A DNA stretch of 63,044 nt, filler included, from Nanobdellati archaeon (GTDB taxonomy: Archaea; Nanobdellota; Nanobdellia; Woesearchaeales; JAADFO01): the NCBI GenBank assembly GCA_013152815.1. It is 8 parts of 8 records of this genome, joined end to end, with 100 filler letters (N's around TTAATTAATTAA, not from the genome) between each part and the next. Parts side by side here need not be neighbours in the genome. Positions count along the whole stretch, not along the records: positions 8,580 to 16,459 come from JAADFO010000019.1; positions 16,560 to 24,495 come from JAADFO010000021.1; 6 more parts are not named here. The stretch is one strand, 5' to 3'. Under the pieces are notes generated by a model that made no database searches, was not told the origin of the DNA, and saw nothing but the letters and a program-made list of their open reading frames with translations. The translations under genes were made by a program, and so were the position numbers. The first letter of the stretch is position 1, and every line of letters begins with the position of its first letter. Below are positions 10,731-20,800 of the stretch, piece by piece.

Positions 10731-11476
10731 CCTGATGCCTCCAGCAGAGAAAGATCCTTTTCAAGCTGTCTGAGCGAAGCCATGGTCCCCATATCGATAA
10801 AATACCCTTTGAACTCCTTTGCGAACAGGGTCTTGGTATTTATGAGTTGCGGGACAATCTCTCTCTCGAGGGAGACCGGTCTGCCTGCAGGGATGCTTGC
10901 CAGGATCCGCTTTGAGACCATCACAGCACCTCCATTGACATAATGGTTGTTGGAAAGCAGGCTGGTAGGTTTCTCTTCAAAGGACAGCACTCTCCCCACC
11001 TCATCGATGGAGATGACCCCCCTCTGCCGTTGTTCCCCGCTGCGTTGTTCCCTACTGTCTTCCTCAGGATCGACCGACAATCTGACCGCAAAGGTGAGCA
11101 GCGCATCCTTCTCTTTGTGGAATGCTGCAAGGCTTCCATAGTCGATGTCAAAGAGCGTATCGCCGTTGAGCAGGAGGAAGTCCTGTTCAAGGAGAGATGC
11201 TGCATTCTTGATGGCACCCGCCGTCCCCAGGAGCTCTTTCTCTTCAGCATAGGAGATGTGAAGGCCGAGGGAAGAACCATCTCCGAGAAGCTCCCTGAAC
11301 TGGCTTCCAAGATGGCCGATGCAGAGCAGGATGTCGGTGATCCCCTGGGCCCTGAGACGGTCGAACAGATAATGGATGAACGGACGGCCGTGTACCGGAA
11401 CGAGGGGTTTGGGAATCTTCTCGGTCAGGGGTTTCAGCCGGGTCCCCTTCCCGCCGACAAGGATGACTGCCTGCAT
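10727..11476 (-). CDS. hddC: Sugar-1-phosphate nucleotidyltransferase, heptose-1-phosphate guanylyltransferase-like
   Basis: VILVGGKGTRL...PKPL, LGTAGAI, LLNGDT, FIDMGT; adjacent to hddA. Confidence 0.75.
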   Translation of the reverse strand: MQAVILVGGKGTRLKPLTEKIPKPLVPVHGRPFIHYLFDRLRAQGITDILLCIGHLGSQFRELLGDGSSLGLHISYAEEKELLGTAGAIKNAASLLEQDFLLLNGDTLFDIDYGSLAAFHKEKDALLTFAVRLSVDPEEDSREQRSGEQRQRGVISIDEVGRVLSFEEKPTSLLSNNHYVNGGAVMVSKRILASIPAGRPVSLEREIVPQLINTKTLFAKEFKGYFIDMGTMASLRQLEKDLSLLEASG

Positions 11477-11477
11477 C

Positions 11478-12398
11478 TCAATCACCTGCCAGAGGAAGAT
11501 CCTTTTCCATCTGGAGTATCTTTTTCAGTCCCTGCTCAAGGGATACCTTTGGCTTCCATCCGAGAGCAGAGAGCTTCGAGATATCTGCACGTTCTTCATA
11601 GTGCTCCTCTGGTCTCAGACGTTCTCTGGTGCTTTCGACCTCGATCTTCCGGCCCAGCAGCTTTCCGAGGATGGCAAGGATATCCTGCGGAGCAGAGGAC
11701 ACGCCAGAACCTGCATTGAAGATGTTCAACCCGTTCCCGGGATGCGCTATGACGACCTTCACCGCCTCCACAAGATCAGCTATGAAAAGATAATCTTTTT
11801 TCACGGTCAGGTCGCCCAGGACCACTTTCTTCTTGCCCATCGCGAGCTGGTCCAGGATGGTGGGGATGAGAAACTGTCTCCTTTGTCCGGGACCATAGAT
11901 GTTGAAGATGCGGAGGATGGTAAAGGCCGCGTCTGAAGAAGATGCGGTGAAGGAGATGATGTGCTCGATGATCCTCTTCGAAGCGCCGAGGAGGTTATTA
12001 GGTTGCAGAGGATGCTGCTCGTCGATCGGAAGGCTCTTTGGTCTCCCATAGACCTTTCCGCTTGAAGGATAGATGAGATGGGAGACGCCCTGCTCCTGGC
12101 AGGCCTTCAGCACATTGTGTGTCCCGATGAGATTGACCTCGAAAGAGGGGAGCGGGTGCCCGACGAGGGCATCATGCTCGGTGACGCCGGCAAGATGGAT
12201 GACCACATCCATGCCTTCACATGCCTGGGCGACCTTCTCTGCATCGAGGATGTCTCCCTGGACGCAGGAGACAGAAGCAAGAGAGCATGGCCTTCTTGAG
12301 AAGCCGTGGACAGCATGGCCTGCATCAATAAGTCCCTTGGCGATATGGCTGCCGAGAAATCCAGAGATGCCGGTTATGAGAATCTTTTGCAGGGCCAT
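11478..12398 (-). CDS. NAD-dependent epimerase/reductase (extended SDR)
   Basis: ILITGISGFLG, HLAG, SSGKVYG, LRIFNIYGPGQ. The catalytic YxxxK position reads LGASK. Confidence 0.85.
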   Translation of the reverse strand: MALQKILITGISGFLGSHIAKGLIDAGHAVHGFSRRPCSLASVSCVQGDILDAEKVAQACEGMDVVIHLAGVTEHDALVGHPLPSFEVNLIGTHNVLKACQEQGVSHLIYPSSGKVYGRPKSLPIDEQHPLQPNNLLGASKRIIEHIISFTASSSDAAFTILRIFNIYGPGQRRQFLIPTILDQLAMGKKKVVLGDLTVKKDYLFIADLVEAVKVVIAHPGNGLNIFNAGSGVSSAPQDILAILGKLLGRKIEVESTRERLRPEEHYEERADISKLSALGWKPKVSLEQGLKKILQMEKDLPLAGD

Positions 12399-12463
12399 GG
12401 TCTTCTTGCCAAGGGAAACATCGTCCAAGGTACGTTCAGACCCGACAAGACACGAGCATCCCA

Positions 12464-13444
12464 TCAATACATATCAGACTTGACGAACGCTCTCCAATAG
12501 TCGAGAATGTCCTGCAGGGTCTTCTGGAAGCTGATGGTTGGTTTCCAACCGGTCTTCTGGGTGAACTTTGAGCTGTCACCGATGAGGTAGTTGAGCTCGG
12601 TCGGCCTCACCCTGGCCTGTTCTGTCTCGTATCGTATCTTGTCTTTCATGGCAGAGAGCCCGATGAGCATCTCGAGACATTCTTTTATGGTATAGATCTG
12701 TTCAGATCCGATGAGATACAGCTCGCCCGGAGTACATCGTTCCATCGCGAGATGGTATGCCTGGACCATGTCCCGCACATCGGTGAAGTTCCTTTTGGCT
12801 TCGAGATTTCCCACCCTGATGACCGGCTCCTGCTTGCCCTGTTCGATCAGGGCGATCTGGTAGGCAAAGGATGCCAAAGCTCCAGAGATGTCTCTGCGTG
12901 GCCCCTCGTGGTTGAAGGCCCGTGTCCTGATGATCTTCATGCCGTAGGACGCATGATAGGTCTGGCAGATGGCATCCTGCGCGACCTTGGAAGCAGCGTA
13001 GGGATTGACAGGGGCGATGGATGTCTTCTCGGTTATGGGCAGGTCCTCCTTCTTGACATCGCCGAACTCCTCCGGCGTGCAGGAGACCAATATGTGAGGG
13101 TCGAGCTTGAGGTTCCTGACCGCGTTGAAGAGGTTGATGGTCCCGACAGCATTCACCTGCATGTAGGCTGCTGCCATGTCCCAGGAATAGTTCACCCAGC
13201 TCAACGCTCCAAGATGATAGATGCGGTCCGGCTTGCTCTTCTCAAGGAGACGCTGCACGCTCTGGTAATCGGTCAGGTCATATTCGATCCAGGTGACCCG
13301 GTCATGGTTGATGAGGTGCCTGACGTTCCGCTTTCGGGCGTTGACCTTGACCGCTCCAAAAAGACGGTTTTCAGGGTCTTTCAACAGAAAATCAGCAAGA
13401 TGGCTGCCCACGAAGCCGTTGATGCCAGTGATCAGGATATTCAT
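12464..13444 (-). CDS. gmd: GDP-mannose/GDP-heptose 4,6-dehydratase family SDR
   Basis: ITGINGFVGSHL, PYAASK, RAFNHEGPRR, VGNLEAKRNFTDVRD, RVRPTE. Confidence 0.78.
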   Translation of the reverse strand: MNILITGINGFVGSHLADFLLKDPENRLFGAVKVNARKRNVRHLINHDRVTWIEYDLTDYQSVQRLLEKSKPDRIYHLGALSWVNYSWDMAAAYMQVNAVGTINLFNAVRNLKLDPHILVSCTPEEFGDVKKEDLPITEKTSIAPVNPYAASKVAQDAICQTYHASYGMKIIRTRAFNHEGPRRDISGALASFAYQIALIEQGKQEPVIRVGNLEAKRNFTDVRDMVQAYHLAMERCTPGELYLIGSEQIYTIKECLEMLIGLSAMKDKIRYETEQARVRPTELNYLIGDSSKFTQKTGWKPTISFQKTLQDILDYWRAFVKSDMY

Positions 13445-13540
13445 GATATTTCCCTCGGTATTATCGATGTCAGGTGCTAGGACGCAGAGTAGCCTGCTGC
13501 TTTAAAAGGGTTTCGCTGGAGAAACAGGACGTTTCAATCA

Positions 13541-14068
13541 TCACTCTTCAATATATCCTATGTACGGAAGGTCACGATACATACCATCCACATCAAGGCC
13601 GTAGCCGACGATGAACTTGTCGGGAACCACAAAGCCCCGATAATTGATGGCCACCTCGACCTTCCGTCGCTCCGGCTTGTCGAGAAGCGAACAGAGCTTC
13701 ACCGAGATAGCTCCGCGATCAAGAAGATACTTCCTGACAAAATCGGCAGTATAGCCAGAATCGACGATATCCTCGATGATGATGACCCATTTGCCTTCGA
13801 CCTTCACCTTGGTTACCTCAAGGTCGACGGTTATCTTTCCTGTGCTTTCTGTCCCTTCATAGCTGCTCAGCTTCATGGGAGCGAAGCCGACCTGAACACC
13901 AAGAGCACGGAGCTCTTTCATGAGATCGACAAAGAATATCATGGCTCCTGTGAGAACGACGATGCAATAGACACCATTGGGATGGTCTGCCTTGATCTGC
14001 TCAGCAAGCGCCTTGACCTTGGCATGGATCTCATCCTTGCTGATCAGTTCCTTGACATCCTTGGCCAT
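13541..14068 (-). CDS. hpt: Hypoxanthine phosphoribosyltransferase
   Basis: LSSYEGTES.G, IIIEDIVDSGYT PRPP loop, LLDKPERR, FIVGYGLD..G.YRDLPYIG. Confidence 0.95.
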   Translation of the reverse strand: MAKDVKELISKDEIHAKVKALAEQIKADHPNGVYCIVVLTGAMIFFVDLMKELRALGVQVGFAPMKLSSYEGTESTGKITVDLEVTKVKVEGKWVIIIEDIVDSGYTADFVRKYLLDRGAISVKLCSLLDKPERRKVEVAINYRGFVVPDKFIVGYGLDVDGMYRDLPYIGYIEE

Positions 14069-14084
14069 GGATGCCAGAAAGAAC

Positions 14085-14145
14085 CATCATTTTTAAAGCT
14101 TGTTCTCCCAGAGCAGCACACCAAACAACAAAATGTTTATATTGG
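14085..14145. promoter_or_regulatory. Divergent archaeal-type TATA boxes for hpt (-) and the GT2 gene (+)
   Basis: TTTTAAAG near 14091 and TTTATA near 14136, each about 25-30 nt upstream of its start codon. Confidence 0.5.
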
Positions 14146-14165
14146 CCATGGCTGTCACCTGACCC

Positions 14166-14894
14166 ATGAAGAAGCTTTCAGGCATATCTGGATTTCTGCT
14201 CGCCTACAACGAAGAGGAGAACATCGAAAAGGCTGTCCTGGCACTTGTCGCGGCTCTGAAGGCCAACGCCGCCAGATATGAAGCCATGGTCGTCCTCTAT
14301 GAAAAAAGCACGGATAACACCGCATCAATCGTCAGGAAGCTTGCCAAGAACAACAGTCATGTCCGCCTGGTCATGCAGCCCTGTTCCCGTAAAGGGTATG
14401 GAAATGCCATCAGGATAGGCATAGAACATGCAAGATGCCCTTATATCTTCTTCAGCGATGCAGACAACCAGTTCGACTTCAGGGACATCGGCAAATTGGC
14501 AAGATATGCGGACAGCTACCAGATCGTCACCGGTTATCGGACAGATCGCAAGGATCCTTTTGTGCGACGGCTGACAGCCAGAATCTACAATACGCTCCTG
14601 AAACTTATCTTTCCCATCCCTGTGAAGGACATAGATTGCGCTTTCAAGCTCTATCAGAAAGACATCTTCAGGAATATGGAACTTGTCTGCACCACAGGCA
14701 TGGTGAACGCTGAGATCATCACCAAGGCTGCCATCAAGAAGGCAGCGATAAAGGAAGTACCTATCCCACATTACCATCGTTTCGCAGGAAGGCCGGTCTT
14801 CGAAGCGAACAAATGGGCGATAATCAAACCAAAGGTCGTCATGGACCTGCTCAAGGAGATGAAAGTGCTATGGAAAACCATGCCAAGACGCTGA
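14166..14894 (+). CDS. Glycosyltransferase family 2 (dolichol-phosphate mannosyltransferase-like)
   Basis: AYNEEENI, KGYGNAIR.G, FSDADNQF, DIDCAFKL. Confidence 0.9.
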   Translation: MKKLSGISGFLLAYNEEENIEKAVLALVAALKANAARYEAMVVLYEKSTDNTASIVRKLAKNNSHVRLVMQPCSRKGYGNAIRIGIEHARCPYIFFSDADNQFDFRDIGKLARYADSYQIVTGYRTDRKDPFVRRLTARIYNTLLKLIFPIPVKDIDCAFKLYQKDIFRNMELVCTTGMVNAEIITKAAIKKAAIKEVPIPHYHRFAGRPVFEANKWAIIKPKVVMDLLKEMKVLWKTMPRR

Positions 14895-16162
14895 ACGTCC
14901 TCTTCGTCTCTGAATATTTTCCTCCTGTCTCCCAGGGCGGAGGAGAGCAGAGCTGTTACCTTCTCGCCAAATACCTGGCCAGGAAGGATGTCAGGGTAAC
15001 CGTATTGACTTCCGGCAGGAAGGGGTTGCCGGTCTTCGAACACCGGGACGGATTCCGTATCGTCCGGAAGCTTCGGACCGGGAAGGCTCCTGGAAGCATC
15101 CTGGGAAACATCACCAGAGCCATCATCTTCCCGGGAAGTGTCAGGAAGGAAACAAGACTGCTATTGAAAGAACAGGAATTTGACATCATCCACTATTTTG
15201 GCACCACTTCTGTGCTTGGAGCGATTAAGACTTCAACCCCTCAGTTTGCTCATGTCAACAGCCCCTTATTCTTCTCGCCGACCGGCATCATCACCGACAA
15301 AGACGAACAGATCCTCACGCAGAAGATGAGCTGGAAGCTGTTCAGAAAGCACATTCTTCATGCTGAAGAGATAGGAAAGATGCCGAACAGGCCCTGGTTC
15401 AGATACAATCCGCTCTTCTGGTATGTGATCTATTCCTCTTTTCAGGAACGCCTGGAAAAACTTCATCAGATGGACAAGCTCATCGGTCCGACACCCTTCA
15501 TCCGTGACCAACTGATAAAAGAAGGCATACCAAAAGACAGGATCAGTGTGATCCCCAACATCGTCGAAACTCAGCCGAAAAAGGAAGAAGAGCGAAAAGC
15601 AGGAAAAGAACGACCACTCCGCATCCTCTATCTGGGATCTTATGTAAAATACAAAGGAATCCTTGTCCTTTTCAAAGCAGTGGAAACCCTTATGGTCCCG
15701 TATGTATGCAGTTTCTTTGGGAGCGGATACCTCCGAAAGGAGCTTGAGAGGATTATCGCGGAGAAAAAGCTGAACGTCCACCTCCATGACCGCATTCCCA
15801 CGGAGAAGATCGGAGAGGTCTTTCGCAGGAATGACGTGGTGGTCATGCCTTCCCGTGTCACAGAATCCTTCGGAAGGATCGCCATCGAAGCGATGTCATC
15901 GGGCATCCCGGTCATCGCATCTGACATCGGCGGACTGCATTTCATAATAGAGCACCGGCAGGACGGACTTCTGGTATCTCCGGGGGATGCCTCCGGCCTT
16001 GTCGACGCGCTGATGGATATCTATCAGGACAAGGACCTACGGAAGCGGCTCATCAGGAACGGACTGAAGACAGCGAAGAGACACAGGGGAGAGCTCATAG
16101 CGAACATCGTCAAACAAGCATATCTGGATGTTGGTGACAGAACAGGAAGGTCAAGAAGATGA
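14870..16162 (+). CDS. Glycosyltransferase family 4
   Basis: SEYFPP..GGGE, KYKG, ESFGRIAIEAMSSGIPVIASDIGG. Confidence 0.9.
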   Translation: MENHAKTLNVLFVSEYFPPVSQGGGEQSCYLLAKYLARKDVRVTVLTSGRKGLPVFEHRDGFRIVRKLRTGKAPGSILGNITRAIIFPGSVRKETRLLLKEQEFDIIHYFGTTSVLGAIKTSTPQFAHVNSPLFFSPTGIITDKDEQILTQKMSWKLFRKHILHAEEIGKMPNRPWFRYNPLFWYVIYSSFQERLEKLHQMDKLIGPTPFIRDQLIKEGIPKDRISVIPNIVETQPKKEEERKAGKERPLRILYLGSYVKYKGILVLFKAVETLMVPYVCSFFGSGYLRKELERIIAEKKLNVHLHDRIPTEKIGEVFRRNDVVVMPSRVTESFGRIAIEAMSSGIPVIASDIGGLHFIIEHRQDGLLVSPGDASGLVDALMDIYQDKDLRKRLIRNGLKTAKRHRGELIANIVKQAYLDVGDRTGRSRR

Positions 16163-16459
16163 AAAGCGATCGACGCCAGGAGAGGGTCCTTTTTATAGGA
16201 GAATTTGACTATGATACCTATACGAGAGGAAGGATACTTCACAAGGGATTGCTCAGACAGAAGGTACCGGTCAAGCTTTTCCTCCGCAGAGGACCGTTTC
16301 GTTACTTCCAGATCATGCTCAGGGTGCTGAGGAACGACTACGACGTCCTTCTGGTGAACGGCAAGATCGTCCTCCTGGTCTCACGGCTTTTCACCTGGAA
16401 GCCCATCCTCTTCGACATGGCAACATCAGACTATGACACGCTGGTAAGGAACAGGAAGA
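16159..16459 (+). CDS. Probable glycosyltransferase, 3'-truncated
   Basis: Operon position (ATGA overlap); YTRGRIL and KPILFD...S.YDT.V resemble GT4 N-termini. Confidence 0.6.
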
Positions 16460-16559
16460 NNNNNNNNNNNNNNNNNNNNNNNNNNNNNNNNNNNNNNNNN
16501 NNNTTAATTAATTAANNNNNNNNNNNNNNNNNNNNNNNNNNNNNNNNNNNNNNNNNNNN
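16460..16559. other. Artificial contig spacer
   Basis: N-run with TTAATTAATTAA. Confidence 0.99.
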
Positions 16560-16663
16560 TGGAGATCCTCATCGGCCATACGAGCGAGTGATGTGCCCTT
16601 TCTTCGGAGGAGTCTTGATTCTTCAGACCGTCCTCCTTGCTTTTGCCGGACACAGAAAAGAAT

Positions 16664-17884
16664 CTAGCTCTTCCTTTTCAGTCTCCTGAACATGAACACA
16701 TTGAAGATGATAAGGCCGAAGACCAGGAACATGAGGATGTATGTCGCCTGCAGGATGGGGCTGCTCTTCCCTTCTGCCTTTCCGGTCACCTGACCAGTAG
16801 GGCTTGTCGATATCCTGTCGTTGTCCACGAAGATATTGAATACCTTCCGGGAGGTCTTCTGGAGATAGGTAAGGTCGATCTCCATGAGGTAAGTTCCTGC
16901 GAGCACTTTGGAGGTGTCCCAGAAAGCGTCAATGACCTGCTTGCCGAAGGGATCCATGTAGGTCGTCGCAGTCTTGTACTGGGAGTGGATCTTGCCGGAG
17001 CTGTCCTTCACCGTGGTCTTGGCGAAGATCTCATCGATGGGCAGGTTCCAGTTCGATGAGATGGCTATGGCAAACTTCGCTATGCCTCCCAGCTTGAAGT
17101 TGTCGACGCTGATGGAATCCACCGACACGGTAGGTTCGCCGATGGTGAAGGATTTTTCATCTTCTGCGTTCTTCTCATCGTAGACCACCGTAGCTCTGGC
17201 ATGGTAGATGCCCGAACCGAGCTTTGGTGTCCAGGGGACAGAGATGACCCTGGTGCCTTTGCTTGCGATGCTGACCTCATCGCTGCGGAGAGCCGCCAGT
17301 TTGTTGTTGAGCGGCCCATAGATGTCGATGAGCACATTGACCGATAGAAGGTCCTCGGTGCCGAGATTGGTGACTTCCACGGCGAAATTGCTGGGCTTGC
17401 CTTCCTTGAAGTTGCCCACGAAGAGCTTTGCCTCGGCATATTTCCCGGTGAACGGCACCTTGAGCTTGACCTTGTGGGAAACGGCGATACTGGCAGTCAC
17501 CCGGGAACCGCTGGCTGATGATCTCTTCGGTATCTGGCGGACGATGATCTCTGAGTCGATCTGCCCCTGTTGCTTCATGGAAGCAGGCATGTTGAGGGTG
17601 TAGCTGATGATCTTCTCGGTCTCCCCTTCGCCGAAGGAGATGAGCTCGTCATGGAGGGTGATGTAGGGCTTCAGAGGACCGTCTACGTAGATGAGTGCGT
17701 CGTAGGGGAAGCCGTCATTGTTGATGATCTTCACCTTGACGGTCTCTGCCTTGGACGGCTGGAAGATGATCTCCCGTGACGAGGGGACGATGCCCATGGC
17801 CAGGACCGACTGGACGAGGACCAGCAGGAGTCCTAGGAGGATGATTCCCTGCCGGATATGCCTGTTCATCTTGTTCATCACCAT
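16664..17884 (-). CDS. Secreted, C-terminally membrane-anchored protein with three predicted Ig-like domains (PapD/DUF916-DUF3324-like)
   Basis: Signal peptide ending VLA-MGIVPSS; beta-rich domains (ETVKVKIINND, VEVTNLG, VPW...G.Y.A..VVY); C-terminal TM helix followed by RRLKRKS. Overlaps the stop of the giant surface gene. Confidence 0.7.
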   Translation of the reverse strand: MVMNKMNRHIRQGIILLGLLLVLVQSVLAMGIVPSSREIIFQPSKAETVKVKIINNDGFPYDALIYVDGPLKPYITLHDELISFGEGETEKIISYTLNMPASMKQQGQIDSEIIVRQIPKRSSASGSRVTASIAVSHKVKLKVPFTGKYAEAKLFVGNFKEGKPSNFAVEVTNLGTEDLLSVNVLIDIYGPLNNKLAALRSDEVSIASKGTRVISVPWTPKLGSGIYHARATVVYDEKNAEDEKSFTIGEPTVSVDSISVDNFKLGGIAKFAIAISSNWNLPIDEIFAKTTVKDSSGKIHSQYKTATTYMDPFGKQVIDAFWDTSKVLAGTYLMEIDLTYLQKTSRKVFNIFVDNDRISTSPTGQVTGKAEGKSSPILQATYILMFLVFGLIIFNVFMFRRLKRKS

Positions 17885-20800
17885 TCTGTCAGTTTGAAGA
17901 CCAGAGAGCTCTGTTTGCTGCCGGGATCCTCATCGAGCGGGACCAGGAGACGTAGGTCAAGGGCCACCGAGTCTGAGCCGTCGCTGTGGTTCAGCCGGGT
18001 GATGACATGCTGGAGACTGTTGGTCATGTTGGTCCAGGATGTCGTCGAGGTTGGCCGGTCAAAGGTGCTGCCCTCGTCCGTCCCGTTGGCCTTGAACTGG
18101 TAATAGTCGGTGTCCATCGGAGCGAGGGCGCTGGTCCAGATGGGACTGGCGTTCACCGAGATGTTGACCTCCCAGTTGCCGTTGTTCTCGATGCGGAAGG
18201 GTGCCGGTGTTCCTTCGCTTGTGTTCTTCTCCTCGCCCGTGGACATGAGGCCGAAGTTGACGCTGTCGGTCTCCAGGAGTATGGAGGTGTATTTCGCGAG
18301 CGTATAGTTCCAGATCCCGGTCCAGTTGCCCCAAAGCTCGCCGTCATAGGATCTCACTCTCCAATGATAGGTGGCGAAGTCCATCTCGGTGGGCTGCTGG
18401 TAGTAGTCCCGGGTGATGTTGGTCTCGTTGATGAGCGGACTGGTCATGTCAGCGTTGAGCGAGACCTGGAGCTCATAGGTCAGGATGTCGCTGTCAGGAT
18501 CGGTGGCGTTGGTCCAGTTGAATCTCGGAGTGCGGTTGATGAAGAAGCTGTCGTTGGCGACCGGATAGCTTAGGACCGGAATGGTCGGATGCCTGTTGAT
18601 CGTCACCTTGTCTGATGAGGACGTGCCGTTCAGGGAACCGTCGTAAGGGGTTACGGTGCAGTTCCAGACCTCCCCGGCCGAGGTGTTGCCCGCTCCCAGA
18701 TAGGAATAGTTCAGCGGGCTGTATTGGATGGTACGGTTCCAGACACTATCCTTGTACCATGCGAAGGTATAGTTGACCTTGTCACCATCAATATCAGATG
18801 ATTCTGTCGTGATGTTGCACCAGAGCCGATCTGCTACCCTAGGCTCATTTGGCAGGAGGTCGATGACCGGGCTCGTGGGTTCGGTGCTGCCGAGAAGGAG
18901 ATGTACCGTGATGTAGCCGGTCACGTTGACCATCTCAGAGTCGTTGATGTTTCCCTTGCTGCCGTTGATGGTGAAGTTGTTGTAGTTGAAGCTTGTCGAT
19001 TCGTTGAAGAAGCGCGTGTTGACGGTCAATCTCCTGATGCCTGAAGCAGGTGTTATGCCCGAATCATCAAGCGTATCATCCTTGTTCCAGGCATAGACAT
19101 TCGCTGACTGGACAGCGTTACCCTGGCCGTCGGTCGCGTTGACGTCGACATATTCGTGGAGGAACATCCGTGCGGTGGTCCCTGAATTGAAATTGCTGGT
19201 ATCAAGATTGGTCGCATTGGTCAGGTTCATATAGTGATCAGAGGTGCTGCTGAAAGTGAACCCATCAGCGTTATAATCGTTGTCGGTGAAGAGGTAATGA
19301 TTCGAACCGCGTCCGCCAGATACGGCATAGGTGCTTCCTGCAAGACTGTTCCTGACAAAATAGCTTTCTGAAGTCGATTGGGAATCCAGATTGAAAGCAT
19401 AACTGCTTGCGGTGATGGTATTGCCGGTGAAGTTCTCATAGTCGGTGCTGCCGTAAAAAAGGATGCCTGATGCCGTGGTGGACGTGATGGTGTTATCGAC
19501 AAAGGTATTGTAGTCCGCGTTCTGCAGATAGATCGAATAGTCATTGTTGGAGTTATTGATGATGTTGTTCCTGAAGATGTTGTTGTTCGAGAACCGTATC
19601 TTGACCGGGTCGATATAGTTCTGCAGGACAGATATGTTGCTGTCGGTCACGTTATTGCCAGACCCATAGAATATGAGGACACCATGGGATGCGTTCCCGA
19701 TGATGGACGAGTTCTTTATGACACTGTTGGTGGAGCCTGCCAGCAGGACACCATCCTTGCCCATCGTGATATTATCATAGGTCATTCCGGTACATCCTGC
19801 GCAGACGACCTGACCATAGGTAGCGGTCCAGTCAGCATCGCTGTAGGTGTATCCCGAAAGGGAGTCGTTGTACAGGACAGGCAAACCTTCTGCGGTGTTG
19901 GACTGGTCCACATCGTTGCCGGTCGAGGCATCATCAGCCATGTAGGACGGCGCCTGATAGGAGACGACCGTATTACCTCTTAGGATGTTGCTGTTCGCAT
20001 TGTCGAGATAGATGCCGTAGGAAGAGTCTCCTCCTGCATCATCCTTCGTCGTCGTTATGGTGTTGTTCTGGACCTGGTTGCCGTCGCTCCCATAGAACCA
20101 GAGGCCGTAGGAGTTCTCCCATGTGGTCAGGATGGTGTTGTTGATGATGAAGTTGTTGTTGTCGTTGATGCGGATGCCATGACAGGTATAGCAGTTCGTG
20201 CTGATCCTGTTGTCCCGTATGATGTTGTTGCTGCCCGAAGCGACATAGATGGGGACGTTCGCCCTTCCGTTATAACCGTCCTCGGCGGTGATGTTGTTCC
20301 CCTTGATGAGCGAATAGACGGCGTTGTTGAGATAGATGCCGAAGTTATAGGTGTTGCTTCCGGTGTTGCCTGAGGTGAAGATGGTAACATTGGTGATGGA
20401 GGTGTTGGAAGCGCCCCCCGATATAGAGATGGCATAGGAATTGGTCTGGCTGAGGTCACCTATGGTGAGGTCGCAGTTGGTGATGTTCGTATAGTCATAG
20501 CCGTTGACCGTGATGCCATAGCCTGCGCTTGATTGGGAATAGTTGATCTGATAGTCTTTGCAGTCCAGGGTGATGTTGTTGGCTGCGATGGTGAAGCACG
20601 TACCTGAACTGTTGACATCCGAGGCAAGGATGTATTTTGCATCGGCATCGTTCAAGGTCCCGCAGGAGGTGAGGATGTAATCCTGGGCAGATGCGATACT
20701 AACGCTGTTGCTCACACTGGTCGATCCATAATCAAGACCGTCCGCGGGCGTCACCGCGACGGTCCAGTTGTCTCCTTTAGACGTCTCATCTGAGACAAGC

